A DNA stretch of 64,000 bases from Alloascoidea hylecoeti (taxonomy: Eukaryota). Below the pieces are notes generated by a model that was not told the origin of the DNA, ran no database searches, and was given only the letters and a program-made list of their open reading frames with translations. Positions 23,582 through 39,949 of this stretch are shown one piece after another. The stretch lies in assembly GCA_001600815.1 (NCBI GenBank), contig BCKZ01000007.1, forward strand, positions 124,001-188,000, in the 5' to 3' direction. Within the stretch, counting starts at the first letter, position 1; each line of letters starts with the position of its first letter. The position numbers were made by a program, and so were the translations under genes.

Positions 23582-25750
23582 TACCGTTGATGTACACTAA
23601 TTATGGACCTTTGTGAACACCAAACAAATGGTATCCAGACAACGGATTACTGTACAAACAAATTTGAACATTAGTGAACACGATAAAATTTAAGGAATCA
23701 TTTTCGGTACCATTCGCTCACTGTTGTATCGTCACTTCTTTTTCAGTAAATCTTAAGTTTTGTAATTAAGCTCTACATTATCCTTACATTAAACAGTGAA
23801 CGATATAGCTAAAATGAATTTAAACAAGCTTTATTGGCATCAGTTGGCTACAAAAGAACTGTCAATTAACTACTGTTTAAAATGCTGTTTTAATTCCAAA
23901 CTTTTTGGCTAATATTTCTCGAAAACAACACTATATATAAGGTAGTCCACATTGATTCCGTGATCCACATCATGTAAATCTGTAAGCCCCGTGTACTTTT
24001 CCTCCTCTCCATAACCCCTGAAGATGGGAATAAACAAAAAAAACTTATGACCCCTTGACTCAAGGAGCAAGGAAGCCAGAATCGAAAAATGCCTTTTGAA
24101 ATTGGCACGTACACCGAATGCTGTCATCTCAAAAGTCGCCAGAGTTAACGAGGTGCCCCGTTCAACATTAGTTCGAATATAAATGGTTCAAGCTCTTCTG
24201 CGTGGTAAACTCAAAAATTCCAAATACTTACAGAATCAGAGGAGAATTGGCTTACAGATAGTCTAATTTATTGTATTTATTGTGCGCGAATGGGAATTAG
24301 AAAGGATATGTCATCCTGTTTGGATATGGTAGATGAGATAATTGACCGGAAGTATGAGTCTGTCCCAGCCCCCCCCCCCCCATCATCAGGACAAAAACCC
24401 AAGAAACGAGAAGATAATGGTCATTACGTGTACAATAATTGGATTTACCGATTTCACAAAAGGAATCCACGTATAACGTATGTGAAAGTACGGAGTTTAG
24501 ACGCCTCTGCGCCGATCAGAATACCATTTCCTCCTGGTATAACGTTCTTGAAGGTTTATACAACACATATCACTATAAAGCACACATAATGTTGATGAGA
24601 CAGGATTACACCTGGGAGAGATGGCTAATAGTTGGAAGGTTTTTGCGCCGTCTGGAGAACAACCACGGCCTCAAATGAGTGGAACCCAAGACTAATTAAT
24701 TACAGATATTGAATGTATTACAGGTGACGGCCTTCACCCACCATTGTGTTCAGTGGTTCTACAATTCCATGCCTGGCAAGATGTGGGATATCTGAGAGGT
24801 CGATTAAAAATTATAATTTCGTTAATACTCCTACTGGCTATGCTAATAGCGAAACATTTTTCATTTGGTTTACCAACACATTTATTAAGAATGTAAATCA
24901 TCATAAACTACACTTACTAATGCTTGATGGCCATGCTGCTCATACGACGTTCTTGCTCATAGAATCTTGTATAGAATTTAACGTTCAGCTGCTCATCCTT
25001 CCCAGCCACGCATTCAATTATACCCAAGCTTTGGATGTTGGAGTGTTTAAATCGGTGAAACAGGTATTCAAATATTACAACAAAAACCACCTTCACTCCC
25101 TCAACTCATGCAAGGAAAACAGGATTAAAATCAAAAATATTATTAACGGCTTTGCAACTGGTACGTCCCTTTAAATGTTTCCGTGACTCTTAAGAATATT
25201 TCTGTTCCGGGACCAACCTAAAGGTGTCCGAATTTCTGAAACGGGAATTTCATAGAGCTTTATATAATGATCTATTTAATGCTCATATAGGAAATGTTAT
25301 GGAAATGTTGTTGAATATTGATCAAAATGCTGATGCAGTACCTGAATTGATGGGGTGGATCAGAGTAGGAAGTGTGGTTTTGAAACATGAGGTGCGGGAG
25401 CCAGAAGGGTCTGATTCCTTTTCATATAAGGGGTTTATTAAATAATGGTAGAAAAGGTAAATCAAAGGTTCTTCATGAAACACCTCTTGCTACGGACCCA
25501 CAGTGCAGGGAAAGGTTGGCAGAATGTGAAATGAACACCCTCAAAAGAAAGGTTTCACAGAAAAAAAACTCAGTGACTGGGAAAAAGAAACATTCGATCA
25601 TATTCAAACTTATAAGGAGAATTTATTAAGTAGAATCTATATTTACAATATTTAGTTTTTAAAATAAAAATGGTGATCGTGAGGAATATTTTGGTTTACT
25701 TGGTCTTCACGGACCACAAATAGTCCATTGAATTAATGTGGACCAACTCC
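23582..25750 (+). mobile_element. Degenerate pogo/Fot1-like (DDE_1) DNA transposon; transposase pseudogene ~24047-25630
   Basis: HTH-like SKVARVNEVPRSTL, and the DDE_1 block LLMLDGHAAH...LLILPSH..NYTQALDVGVFKSVK, broken by stops and frameshifts. Imperfect terminal inverted similarity between 23582-23630 and ~25705-25750. Confidence 0.85.
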
Positions 25751-26230
25751 ATTGACCACAGGAAATTCTTCTTGTCACACTGATAATTTTTGTTAGCGAG
25801 AAAATCTAATTATAATTATGTGCACGTTGTGCATACAGATTTTCAAGTAGATTCAATATCCAGATGATTGAAGCTTTTAACTTGATTAATTTTGAGGGGA
25901 TCTAGATCTTACTATAGAATAAATTAATACCACAGTAGTACGATTTAGAGCTTGATTTACATCTAAATCGTCTGAAATAGCCATAGTCCTGAGTCCAGAC
26001 TATGTAATATGATTTTATTGATACATTGTATTTACGGAGAGCTCAAGACCGTAAGAGTATATATATAGGCCTATACATTAGTATAAAAGTGCAGATGATA
26101 GCTATAATAAGAGAAAAACTAAATCTATATATTTATCAAGAAAAGTATACGTATATGCGTACACAGTGACCAATCACTTATAAATAGATAGCGCACTGTC
26201 TCTGCTTAGTCAATTTACTATCATTTAAAA

Positions 26231-27310
26231 ATGTCCTTAGATATCCCATCTTCACAAATTGCCTTTGTCTTCAACCACAAGAAAGAACATTTAGAAAAAA
26301 GAATAATTTCTGTTAAGGAACCATCTACAAACAATGTCTTATTGAAGATTGAAGCAGCGGGCTTATGCCATTCGGATCTTCACATATTGGACGGCCGCTT
26401 TAAGCCATTCCTACATCGGGATTTTGTAATGGGGCATGAGATTGTTGGAACCATAGTTAAATATGGACCACGTGTTGATAAGAATGTGTACACTACTAAA
26501 ATTTTCTATGCAATTCATAATAGAAATAATTGTGGGAAATGTCAGTATTGTTTAAATAGATCCGACAATTTATGCACAAGTTGGGGTAAAGATTCCGGTG
26601 CTTATGGTACTTATGGAGATGGTGGGTTTCAACAATTTATGGAAGTTGATGCCAGACATTTAGTCGCTGTACCTGAAGGTGTTGATCCAAACATTGCAGC
26701 AGCTACGACTGATGCTGTTCTAACACCTTATCATGCAATGAAGATAGCTAAAGTAAATAGCAAAAGCAAAATTATTATTATAGGACTTGGTGGTCTTGGA
26801 ATGAATGCTCTACAGATTGCGAAGGCTTTAGGAGCCTATGTCATTGGTACGGATATAAAACTAGAAGCTATAAATAGAGCTAAATCATTAGGAGCGGATG
26901 AAATTTTTACTGAATTACCAACATATAAAAAGATAAAAGGTGTTGATGTTGTGCTTGATTTTGTTTCTACTCACAAAACATTTTCAAGGGCTCTAAGACA
27001 CATAGGGGCAAAAGGAATTATAATGCCAATTGGTTTAAATGATTTAAGCCTTCAATTTACTTTATTTGACCTCGCATCTAAAGAAATTAAAATCATGGGA
27101 TCAATGGGTGGTACACATCAGGATTTAGTTGAATGTCTTGAATTAGTTAAGACAAATAAAGTGAAACCTACTGTTGAAATTGGCGAATTTGATAAGCTTC
27201 ATGATTATTTTATTAGATTGAAAGAAGGTAAATTGAAATCAAGGATGGTAGTTAAACCAAACTGCATTCCAATATTAATGACGAATCCAAACCACAATTG
27301 TAAAATGTGA
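26231..27310 (+). CDS. Zn-dependent medium-chain alcohol dehydrogenase / carbonyl reductase
   Basis: GLCHSD, GHE, structural Zn motif CGKCQYC...C, TDAVLTPYHA, and Rossmann GLGGLG. Confidence 0.92.
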   Translation: MSLDIPSSQIAFVFNHKKEHLEKRIISVKEPSTNNVLLKIEAAGLCHSDLHILDGRFKPFLHRDFVMGHEIVGTIVKYGPRVDKNVYTTKIFYAIHNRNNCGKCQYCLNRSDNLCTSWGKDSGAYGTYGDGGFQQFMEVDARHLVAVPEGVDPNIAAATTDAVLTPYHAMKIAKVNSKSKIIIIGLGGLGMNALQIAKALGAYVIGTDIKLEAINRAKSLGADEIFTELPTYKKIKGVDVVLDFVSTHKTFSRALRHIGAKGIIMPIGLNDLSLQFTLFDLASKEIKIMGSMGGTHQDLVECLELVKTNKVKPTVEIGEFDKLHDYFIRLKEGKLKSRMVVKPNCIPILMTNPNHNCKM

Positions 27311-27499
27311 TGTTTACCCATAATAAGAAAATCCTGTGTCCTTCTTTAAAGTTAATTATATTATATATTTCCTATATGTTTATTATTGGGGCAGTGATAA
27401 AATTCAGCGGAAATTGCATACATATAAGAGATATAATACCAATCTAGTTAAAGTTAGAATATTCATTTTGAATATTATTAAATATCATTTCAAATAAGG

Positions 27500-28005
27500 C
27501 CAATTTACTAAGGCCCATAACACTAACTGTATTGATTACTGTTTGCTACTGTGTAATTAATTGTTGTCGCGTATACCAAAGGACAGACCGATGCGACCGA
27601 TTACATTTTAAATTTTACTAAAATTACTGCCCATATTGAGCAAATAAAAGTCTGATATCATGCGTAAACATCATCAAAATCCAACGATTTTATTCTAGAT
27701 TTGTATTTTCCCTTAATTAGCTAGATACAACCACCTAATCCCAGATTCTGCTTCTAGTTACATATTTATTTCTTTTGTATAGGCCTATAAATAGGACCAA
27801 ATAATATAATAAAAAGCTCCAACTTGGTTCCTCCTTGGTATAAATTTAAACCTATAGACCCACAGTCTCTTACCATATAATGTAATTTACCCATGGGTAA
27901 ACCATGACTATATAAAATTTCCTAGTTAAAATATTAGTTTCATATAATACTTTTGCAGCAATCACTTCAACTTACAGGTTGGACTTTGGAATCATTAGAA
28001 ACCAT
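27500..28005 (-). pseudogene. Possible glutathione S-transferase (Ure2/Gst-like) pseudogene with intron 27975-27922
   Basis: ATG at 28005 and intron GTAAGT..ACTAAT..CTAG give MVSNDSKVQP|EILYSHGLP... Further downstream, in another frame, KLEAESGIRWLYLAN* resembles the GST ES.AI..YLA motif. Many stops. Confidence 0.3.
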
Positions 28006-30432
28006 ATAAAACTTATATGTAATGTCATGTATGTATATCATAGTGTGAGAATAAGTTGATTTGTATACCAATTATATTGCAATATTAATTCTAAGATGGA
28101 TAAAATCGTATGCATAAAAAATGAATTTAATCTTCTATGTACATGTAAGAAATTTCGTATAACTAGTCATAGTAAGTGAATATCTATGCTATAAATCTAT
28201 AACTAATTATATGATATCGATATATTTATATGTATATATGACCTAGCTTTAATAGTGTTTTTCAACCATGTAAAATTTGCTATTTCTAGATCTAAGTTAA
28301 TTTGCATGATGCAAGTTTCCATTATAAGTAACTTTTCTCAATACATGAGTTTGTTGCATTAAAATACTATCCTATTTAGTATGATGAATAACAGATGAAA
28401 GATTTTTAGTAGTTCGATACTGCATCAATTTCTAGGAGCTCGAAGCTATCATTTTCAATTTTAACTCGGAATAATGACTCTAAAGGTAAAAATATAAGAT
28501 GTAAGAAGGTTCCTTGGCCGCGGTAGGTTCTTTGGGCGCAGGGAAAAGAAAATTCAAGGCACTCCCTTCAATAACTTTTTTAAAATAAGTCTTCAAGGTT
28601 GATTACTTTGTAAAGTTATTAATAGCCTATAGATTACTATGTATTGAACTTTTATGTATAATATTTGACAGATAATTAGGTATCTGAGAAAACCCGTTAT
28701 ACCGCATGGATGGTATTGCAACATTTTTCAGGTCTGTACCATGTCATGGTCTTATCTTCAGACTACTCCTCTTTTATTTATAATTATCAGTGGTTATCAT
28801 ATATTAATTCCCCCCTTTCTCAAGATTAGGATATCTCACTTCATGTACTTAATTGCCAAAATATTATCTTTTCGTTATAAACATAAATTAATAAGTTCAA
28901 GTATGATATTTAGCTCATCATGTACCATTATAGGTATTAGGTAGTAATTGAATCCATGCAATGATAATCTTTTAATTAACCCTAAGAATACCAACAGTTG
29001 CTGATATAGGATAACAGAGTGTTGAGTCTTTTGGATCACTGTTGAATAAGTGTTGATATGTCATCTGCATCTAACTATTCGAATGGGTAGATAAGTTACG
29101 GGCTTTTCCTTAGTTGGATGGATAACTATGCTCGTATGAGTACCTGCGTATAATTTTTCCTGATAACAACTACGTGCACCTTACAGCTAATTACCCCATA
29201 TTCGTTGAAATCGCAATACTAAAATCATTTATTTTATATCCGATTATAATTATCCCATATTATACACCGTTATCCGTGTAGAATCACTGCAGATCTAACT
29301 TAAATTAAACTCTACTTGGCTTATCATATGCAGAACCTAAGGATGATGAATTAAACTACATCGATATCATCAAATCCTATATCAATTTACTATCATGATC
29401 CTTATAAGTTAAAATGCGTTGAAGCTAGTTTTATGATGATATTTATCTACAGATACACGTTTAATCAAATCAGAATAAATCATATTTCAATTTGTTAGTT
29501 TAATATTTAATTTTGTAACATTGCTTCTGCAAGTTGTATATATTTTGAGCAATCTATTTAAGATCCCCGTACTGCAAGTTGGATAGGATCAGAAGATCTT
29601 TTCATTTTTTAGGCTTTATAGTTAAATCATGTTTCATAAAGTATCTGCCAATTATTAAACAAATTGCAATTACTAAGCGTAATTCGCTTAGTAATTATAA
29701 CATGAACTGATTTCCTTGTTATATTTTCTCTACATATAGAGGGCCTATTAGCGTGCGAGTGCTCATCAAAAGTAATGTCAGATGTTTTCATCAATGAAAA
29801 TGGAGGACGTTTAAATCCGAGTTCCTACATTCTTAAAAACATTTCAACACGGTGTTGTGCATTAAATACCAGATATTGAGTTAATGCTAATTTAAATTTA
29901 AATTAAGGATTACCATTATCTGCCATAAAACTATCGATTTGGTATACAGTTTCATGCATCAGCAATATTTAAATCCATTGATTATATTCACTTACATAAT
30001 ATTTAAAGACCATGTTGAAACTTGAAACAGCTCAAAAAGTCGCGCGACCTTTTGTCGGTTGTTCAATGCTCATATAATGGATATCGATACATTTATGACA
30101 CGTGCTCTCACTCGTACGACTCTTACTATTCGCGTTATTGTAATCTGATACGTTTTAATTATATTAAATCTTCGCAAAATCCACCAATAATATTAGAATA
30201 CTATACTTATATATAATTAGAAAATGAACAGAAAAAACAAAGTAATAGTTATGTAGTTAAAGAAGGACTTATTATAAAATTAAACTAAAGAATAACACAA
30301 AATAAAATAAAACAAAACGTGAAACATCAAAACAAATATAATAGCAAAAACAAATTCAAATAAATAAGTTTAATCTATATCTATAGATATCATTTTAATG
30401 ATACATACAATTATATATATTCAAGTAAAAAT

Positions 30433-32862
30433 TTAACCTTCTAAATTAGGTATATCCATATGGAAATAAGGTGTTTTTGTTGAATATAGAGATAGATAAC
30501 CTTTTTCATTATCATCAAGTGATGAAATTTCGTGTTCTGAACCTGATGATTTTGTTAATGCATGAATTTTTGATATTTGTTTTTCTTCATCATCAATTTC
30601 TTCTAAATTACTACTATCAATATCATTTGAATAACCAGTAATTGTTTCATCCCAAATATTTCTACTAACTGGAACAATTTCTTGATGTGTATGATTTGGG
30701 CGAGAAGCTTGTTCAATACCAAAACCAGCATTAATTAATGCTCTTCTTGTCCATGGTGATAAAATACCAGCAAAATGATATTCAACTTCTCTATCAGCAT
30801 ATCTATTAATTTGATTTCTTGAATCAACTAAATATTGAACACCTGTTGAATCAATTGAAGTAACTGATGTAAAATCAAAAACAACTGCTCTTAATATTGG
30901 TCTTGAATCTTTTGCTTCTAATTCTTCTGGTGTTAATTCAATTGTTTTTCTTGGACCTGGATCATTCCATGGACGATCACCTAATTTTTCATATGATTTT
31001 AATTTGCCTCTTCTTGTTTTTATTGTAATTTCTTCAAATAATTTATCAACTTGTCTTGATGCATTTGGATATGTAAAACTTTCTGATGGTCTAAAAACTA
31101 TAACACCATCGGGTGGTGGGAATACTTTAATTTCTGGATTAATTGATCTTCTTGATAATGGTACCCAAACAACACGCAAGTTTGGTTGTCTTGATAAACC
31201 GGTTGTGGTTGCAGCAGTCAAAATATCATTAGATAATGGACTCTCTTTTGATTTATCAGCAGAATTTGATAATGAATCAGTTTCATTATCAGTTATAGTG
31301 CTTGCAGTATATTCTGGATCAACAACATCAGCAACAAAAACACGACCCATAAATTCACCACGTGGGAAAGCCAATTTAAGTAATAAAACAGCACAACTTG
31401 CACAAATGGCAAAGTAAATACCAGCTTCAATAGAAACAAAAACAGTTATAATAATAGCAGCAAAGAAAATAACAGCATCTAAGGGGTAAATTTTCCATGT
31501 TTGATATAATTTCTTTGGAGGGACGATTAAATCACCAACAGCATGTATAATAATGGCAGAAAGAGCAGCTTGTGTAATCCAATAGAAAGCACCAGTAAGG
31601 GCATATAAAGCAATAAGAACAACAATACCTGTAAATATACCAGCTAATGGAGTTCTAACACCGCATTTTGCTTTTAAAGCAGATCTTGAGAATGAACCTG
31701 TAGCTGGATAAGCATTAAAAAAAGTACCAACTAAATTTGTAAAACCAATGGCAATTAATTCTTGATTAGGATTAATTTTATAATCATTAACTCTACCAAA
31801 AGATTTAGAAATTGCAATATGTTCTAAAAGTAAAACAATAGTACAAACAGGAAGTTCACTTGCAATTGCACTAATTACACCATCAGGGATTTCCATAACA
31901 CCAACATGTTGAAGACCAGAAGGAACAGTTTTTAAAATTCGAATAGGATAATGTTTTTTATCATGACCTCTGCAAACAGCCCATGATATACAAGTAGCAA
32001 CAATAATAACAACTGCATTTCTTAAGACTTGTAAATAAAAAAAGGTCTTCTTGTATTTTGGGAATTTTTTTGGAAGATAAGTACATAAGAATCTCCATAA
32101 ATATAAAACGAATAAAGATATTAAACCAAAAGCAGCATCTAAATTACATTTTTTAAGATGCTTTAAGATATTAATGATAACTTTATATGTTTCAGCTTTT
32201 GTATTGAATAGTTTTGAAAGTCCTAGTAAACTGGGGATTTGCCCAACAGCAATATTAATGGCAGATCCTGTCATAAAGCCCATAACAGCCGGAGCTGGGA
32301 TAAATTCAAGGATAAAACCTAGTCTAAGTAAACCAAGACCCATAGCAATACCACCACAAATTAAAGAAAGCAATGTTGCAATGTTAGCACTAGCATACTT
32401 CGTACCAAATTTGTTTACAACTTTATCAATTACTTTACCAACTTGTTGAGACATAACAGCTACAGGACCGATAGAAACATCTTTTGAAGTTGCAAAAAAA
32501 CAATAAAACATAACACCAATGAAAGATGAGTATAAACCAAATTCTGGTGACAAGCTTGCTATTTGGGCATAAGACATTGATTGTGGGACTAAAACAATAC
32601 CAACGGTAATACCGGCAATAAGATCACCATATAGCCATTGTAAATTATATCTGTAAATCCAAGTTGCAATTGGGAATAAAGAAATAGCATAGTTCTTCAA
32701 TTTTGCTGCCGGATGAGAGAAAATTTCCTCAGCCCAGTCCTTTGCTTCTATTAGTCGTTCATCATATTCAGGTACAGTCAAGTTGTCGATGTGACTACGT
32801 TCCTCACTCTGAAGAATAGGAACATGTTCAGGGTGATAATTGACATCTGTATTATACCTCAT
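30433..32862 (-). CDS. SUL1: High-affinity sulfate permease (SulP/SLC26 with STAS domain)
   Basis: GDLIAGITVG..LVPQSMSYA, SKDVSIGPVAV, YPATGSFSRSAL and STAS DFTSVTSIDSTG. First ATG at 32862. SUL1 versus SUL2 cannot be resolved. Confidence 0.93.
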   Translation of the reverse strand: MRYNTDVNYHPEHVPILQSEERSHIDNLTVPEYDERLIEAKDWAEEIFSHPAAKLKNYAISLFPIATWIYRYNLQWLYGDLIAGITVGIVLVPQSMSYAQIASLSPEFGLYSSFIGVMFYCFFATSKDVSIGPVAVMSQQVGKVIDKVVNKFGTKYASANIATLLSLICGGIAMGLGLLRLGFILEFIPAPAVMGFMTGSAINIAVGQIPSLLGLSKLFNTKAETYKVIINILKHLKKCNLDAAFGLISLFVLYLWRFLCTYLPKKFPKYKKTFFYLQVLRNAVVIIVATCISWAVCRGHDKKHYPIRILKTVPSGLQHVGVMEIPDGVISAIASELPVCTIVLLLEHIAISKSFGRVNDYKINPNQELIAIGFTNLVGTFFNAYPATGSFSRSALKAKCGVRTPLAGIFTGIVVLIALYALTGAFYWITQAALSAIIIHAVGDLIVPPKKLYQTWKIYPLDAVIFFAAIIITVFVSIEAGIYFAICASCAVLLLKLAFPRGEFMGRVFVADVVDPEYTASTITDNETDSLSNSADKSKESPLSNDILTAATTTGLSRQPNLRVVWVPLSRRSINPEIKVFPPPDGVIVFRPSESFTYPNASRQVDKLFEEITIKTRRGKLKSYEKLGDRPWNDPGPRKTIELTPEELEAKDSRPILRAVVFDFTSVTSIDSTGVQYLVDSRNQINRYADREVEYHFAGILSPWTRRALINAGFGIEQASRPNHTHQEIVPVSRNIWDETITGYSNDIDSSNLEEIDDEEKQISKIHALTKSSGSEHEISSLDDNEKGYLSLYSTKTPYFHMDIPNLEG

Positions 32863-33074
32863 TTCTTTTGTCAATGTCTTTGTGAAGAATGGCTAGCAAA
32901 AAAAAGAGTTAATGATGGGAACTCAAGAGTTTTTATATCTTGAAAAGTCATAATAATCATTATTATAATTAATATAGTTTGCATATGCATGCATAATGTT
33001 GTTTTGCAAAAAATTTAAAAGGATCTAGAAAATTTGCAATTGCATGAAATATTTTATAAAAAGATAAAAAAACA

Positions 33075-33235
33075 CCACAGGCCAATAAAGCAGCATGCGT
33101 CTAACTTCAGAGGTAAACCTGCCAAATAAGAGTCATATTGCACTTTTATTCCTTGTATCATCTTTGTAATAAAACGATACTGCAATGTTGAAGTGTGGCG
33201 TTCTTCTGCTTCTCTTATTACTACATCGCACGTGA
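33075..33235. promoter_or_regulatory. Cbf1 (CACGTGA) and Met31/32-like (TGTGGC/CCACAG) sites upstream of the sulfate permease
   Basis: CACGTGA at 33229-33235, AAGTGTGGCG at 33191, CCACAG at 33075. Confidence 0.5.
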
Positions 33236-36186
33236 AATCACGATTAATGATATTTAATTGGGATTGCACCCATGCATTCGTAAACGTATTCTCATGCAGC
33301 CAGCCTAATTGGTATATCAGGCATATAACTTGCATTTCTCGTTCCTTTATTTATAATGATATTCATTTATTTGAATGCTAAAAGCATTACACTCAATTGT
33401 CTTCTTATTACATATATCATGATAAAATCCTATTTATCGTTGAAGGTTTGGAATTGTTTGAATTCTATATGACAAATATTTAGCCAATCTGATGCCATAA
33501 TCATACTTCAACTGAACTTAATCGTAAAGGTTAATTTATGGCTATCAACGAACATATTCATATTTGATAATGAATCAAGTACATCAATGACAGTTTGAAG
33601 GATTTTATGTTGCAATTGGACTTTTCTTAATGCAAGTATAAATGTTACAATAATATATAGAGATCTCTACATAAAGCTCAAAAGAGATACAAAAATATGA
33701 AAAAATCATCATGAGTTAATACGAAATTCACTGGGTATATTAACTCATTCTTTTTGTATTGATGCAAGAACAATTACAAGAATGGACCTTTTGAAAGGTT
33801 TTATCATGTTGGTTTTTCCACTTAATATGTTGATTAGGTACAATTGCAAACATATGCATATTTCATAATACCATTTGTGTACCATACATGATGAATTTTT
33901 AGGGCCTAATAAATAGCAAGTTGCCCAACTACTACCAGTATTTCGTATAGTTGTATTTGATATGCTACCTTTCTGATAGTTTATAAACCTTATATCTTCA
34001 ATTTGAAAGTTTAAATGATCAAATATTTAAAAGTTTTAAATCTGACATATTAATATGCACAAATATTGCTTGAGGTATAAAAGTAAATAAAATATGCCAC
34101 AATATAACTATTTAAAAAGAAGCTATTTTAACTTATATCAATAGGTGATAAACAAAAAATATGTGCATCTATATTGTAGGAGATCATAACTAGAAAAGAC
34201 TAGTAGACTAATATTGTTCTACTTTAGGACAGATATATAAACATACATACATATGTATGGTATGGATATAGGTATATCGGTTGTAATTATAATCCGTTAC
34301 AACCGATTTACTCTTATTCTCCATGAAGTCCATGTTAAGAGAGCTCATTCGTATACCTATTACCTAGACCTATTATGTAAAGGCAGATCCAATGTCTTCC
34401 CACTACTTTAAAATTTTAAATTACTTGCAATTACATTAATTAATATCAGATTGGGCAAGCCTCTGTGGCACATTTTCTGTTTTTATGGCTGAGACAACCT
34501 TATATTGAGGCTCAAATCACCTTCGTGTTAAAAATTGTGAAAGAACGTTAAATGAGCTAAATTAGCTTAAGCTTTGACCTTGGTCTTAAGAGATGAGGTG
34601 CCAAGCAAGAATGTTTTACGGTAGAATTTTAAAAATATCTCTTTAACTTTATGAAAAGTATTTTTTTTATGATATGATAATTGGAAAAAATGATATTAAT
34701 CAAATAATATTCATGCAAAATTCAATATCCAGATTCCCGATGCAAATGTCATTAAATTTCTTAAGTCTAACCGATCTAACTCAAACTATCAATTAATCTC
34801 GATATATATTTTTCAAACTGTAAAATTGTAAAATTGTAAAATTGAAGATTTGTATTGATAGTCAGCTATTTTCTACTTCTTAATCTATATTTCTTTAAAT
34901 AATTAACTTATAAGGATCGTCGTGAAATTGGATGACTCCTTGGCTATTAATGTAATATATCGATATCAATACTGATATTTTAAATTTAAAACTGGTAAAA
35001 AAACACTACACAAGAGTATTATTTCTCCACCTTGGGATCTTTCGTAATATGCCGAAATTTCAAAAGTAGTAATATATAAATTACTCCAGCTTTTTTCACT
35101 TCCAAAAATATCAAAATGGCAATTGGTAATTAGTTATTATAACCTTGTAAACTTCACAATTTGTAGTTTTTACTAGTCTTGTCTTAAGCTTCTAAGAGGC
35201 GTTAAAATCCTCAATTTAAGAATTTAAGCCATAAATCTTAAAAAGCCACCACTTGTGGCTATCTGTTGAGGAGAACCACTCATTTCAAGGCATCAGCCCG
35301 AAGTTTGTGGCAGAAATATGCTGATTTCCTTTCTTTTTTCAGATTCGCAATATAATTTAGATATTGGCAAGAACTCGTGATTTGGCTTTTAATATCAGAT
35401 AATGCATTGCATATCACTGTTAGGGACTTGATGATATGCAGGGACTTGGATCCTGCATTTTTCCACGGCTTAATGGATTCAACTTGACCAGATAAATTCA
35501 AGAAATTTATGTATTGAATAAAATTTTATCTCTTTCTGATCAAAAATAATAATTGATGGTAAGAAAATTAAATCGTTAAGGCCTTGGCCATGGCCTATAT
35601 AAAGCTTAGCAATGGAAATCTCCGATAATGATGGTCTGTTTGCAATTGCAATTGGATTATTTTTAAAAAATACCATTCATATTTATAAACGGCATAACAT
35701 TATAGCTATCACGCTATACATTGTCACTTTTATAATCAGCTAACATATTGCTTTGACATTAGTTTGTAACTTTATAATGTGTTTATATGACTATTATTAT
35801 ATAAATCGGTATCAAATTTACTTTATTGATAATCTAGTTTATCTACTTGAAAGCTTTTCAACATCTAAAAAGTCTCACAAGAGCACGTATTATGATGATA
35901 TCAAAGCACTTTATTAACAATATTAAGATTAATTACAAAACAATCAATAATAGCTGGTTATTTCTTAAGTATGCATATTTCTTAATATTTCTAAAAAGAT
36001 TCTGTAAAAAGACAAGGTATGGAGTTTAAGAGAAAGGAAAGTCTTTATTATTAAAAACAAAAGAATTTGTAATTGGTATTCCTAAATGATGATAAGAACT
36101 AACAACTATGGACTATTTTAATAAATTATAAAATATACATTTACTTAACGTCATGATCAGACTTTATGACTATTTTTTTCTGTTAA

Positions 36187-39481
<3,295 letters not shown>

Positions 39482-39949
39482 TTCAATTGTAGTACATTAC
39501 AAAGGTAGAAATGTTTCCAGGATGATTTAACACAATTTATTCTCACTTTCAGTTATAATTATAAGATCTACCTTTATTTTATATTAGATAGATTTCATTG
39601 TAAAATAAAGCACAAAAGAAACAATCAACTACGGAACCGATGACGTTTATATGTGGTCACGTTTTTTTGAGTTCTCGGGGCAATGCATTTTTTTGAGTTA
39701 TTGTGAGGTTTATAAGGATTATTCTCAAGGAATATAAAATCAATTACTAATTTATAAAAAGAGCTTAAGAATTGAATGAATAAAAATGAAGAATAAAAAA
39801 TCCATAAGATGATAATATTCAAAAAAAGGTATTCATTTTTTTTTTTCTTTTAATTATCCATAATAAATTCCAATTGCACCTTGCAAAATTTAAGTCGAAT
39901 ATGAATATAATAATATAAAACTTTTGAATTTAAATCGTTTTAATATCGA

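Noticed and set aside
31004..32449. Antisense ORFs over SUL (and similar ones over PRB1, JLP1, DCW1, DRE2 and NAM8)
   Set aside because: They are shadow frames of well-supported genes, caused by codon bias.
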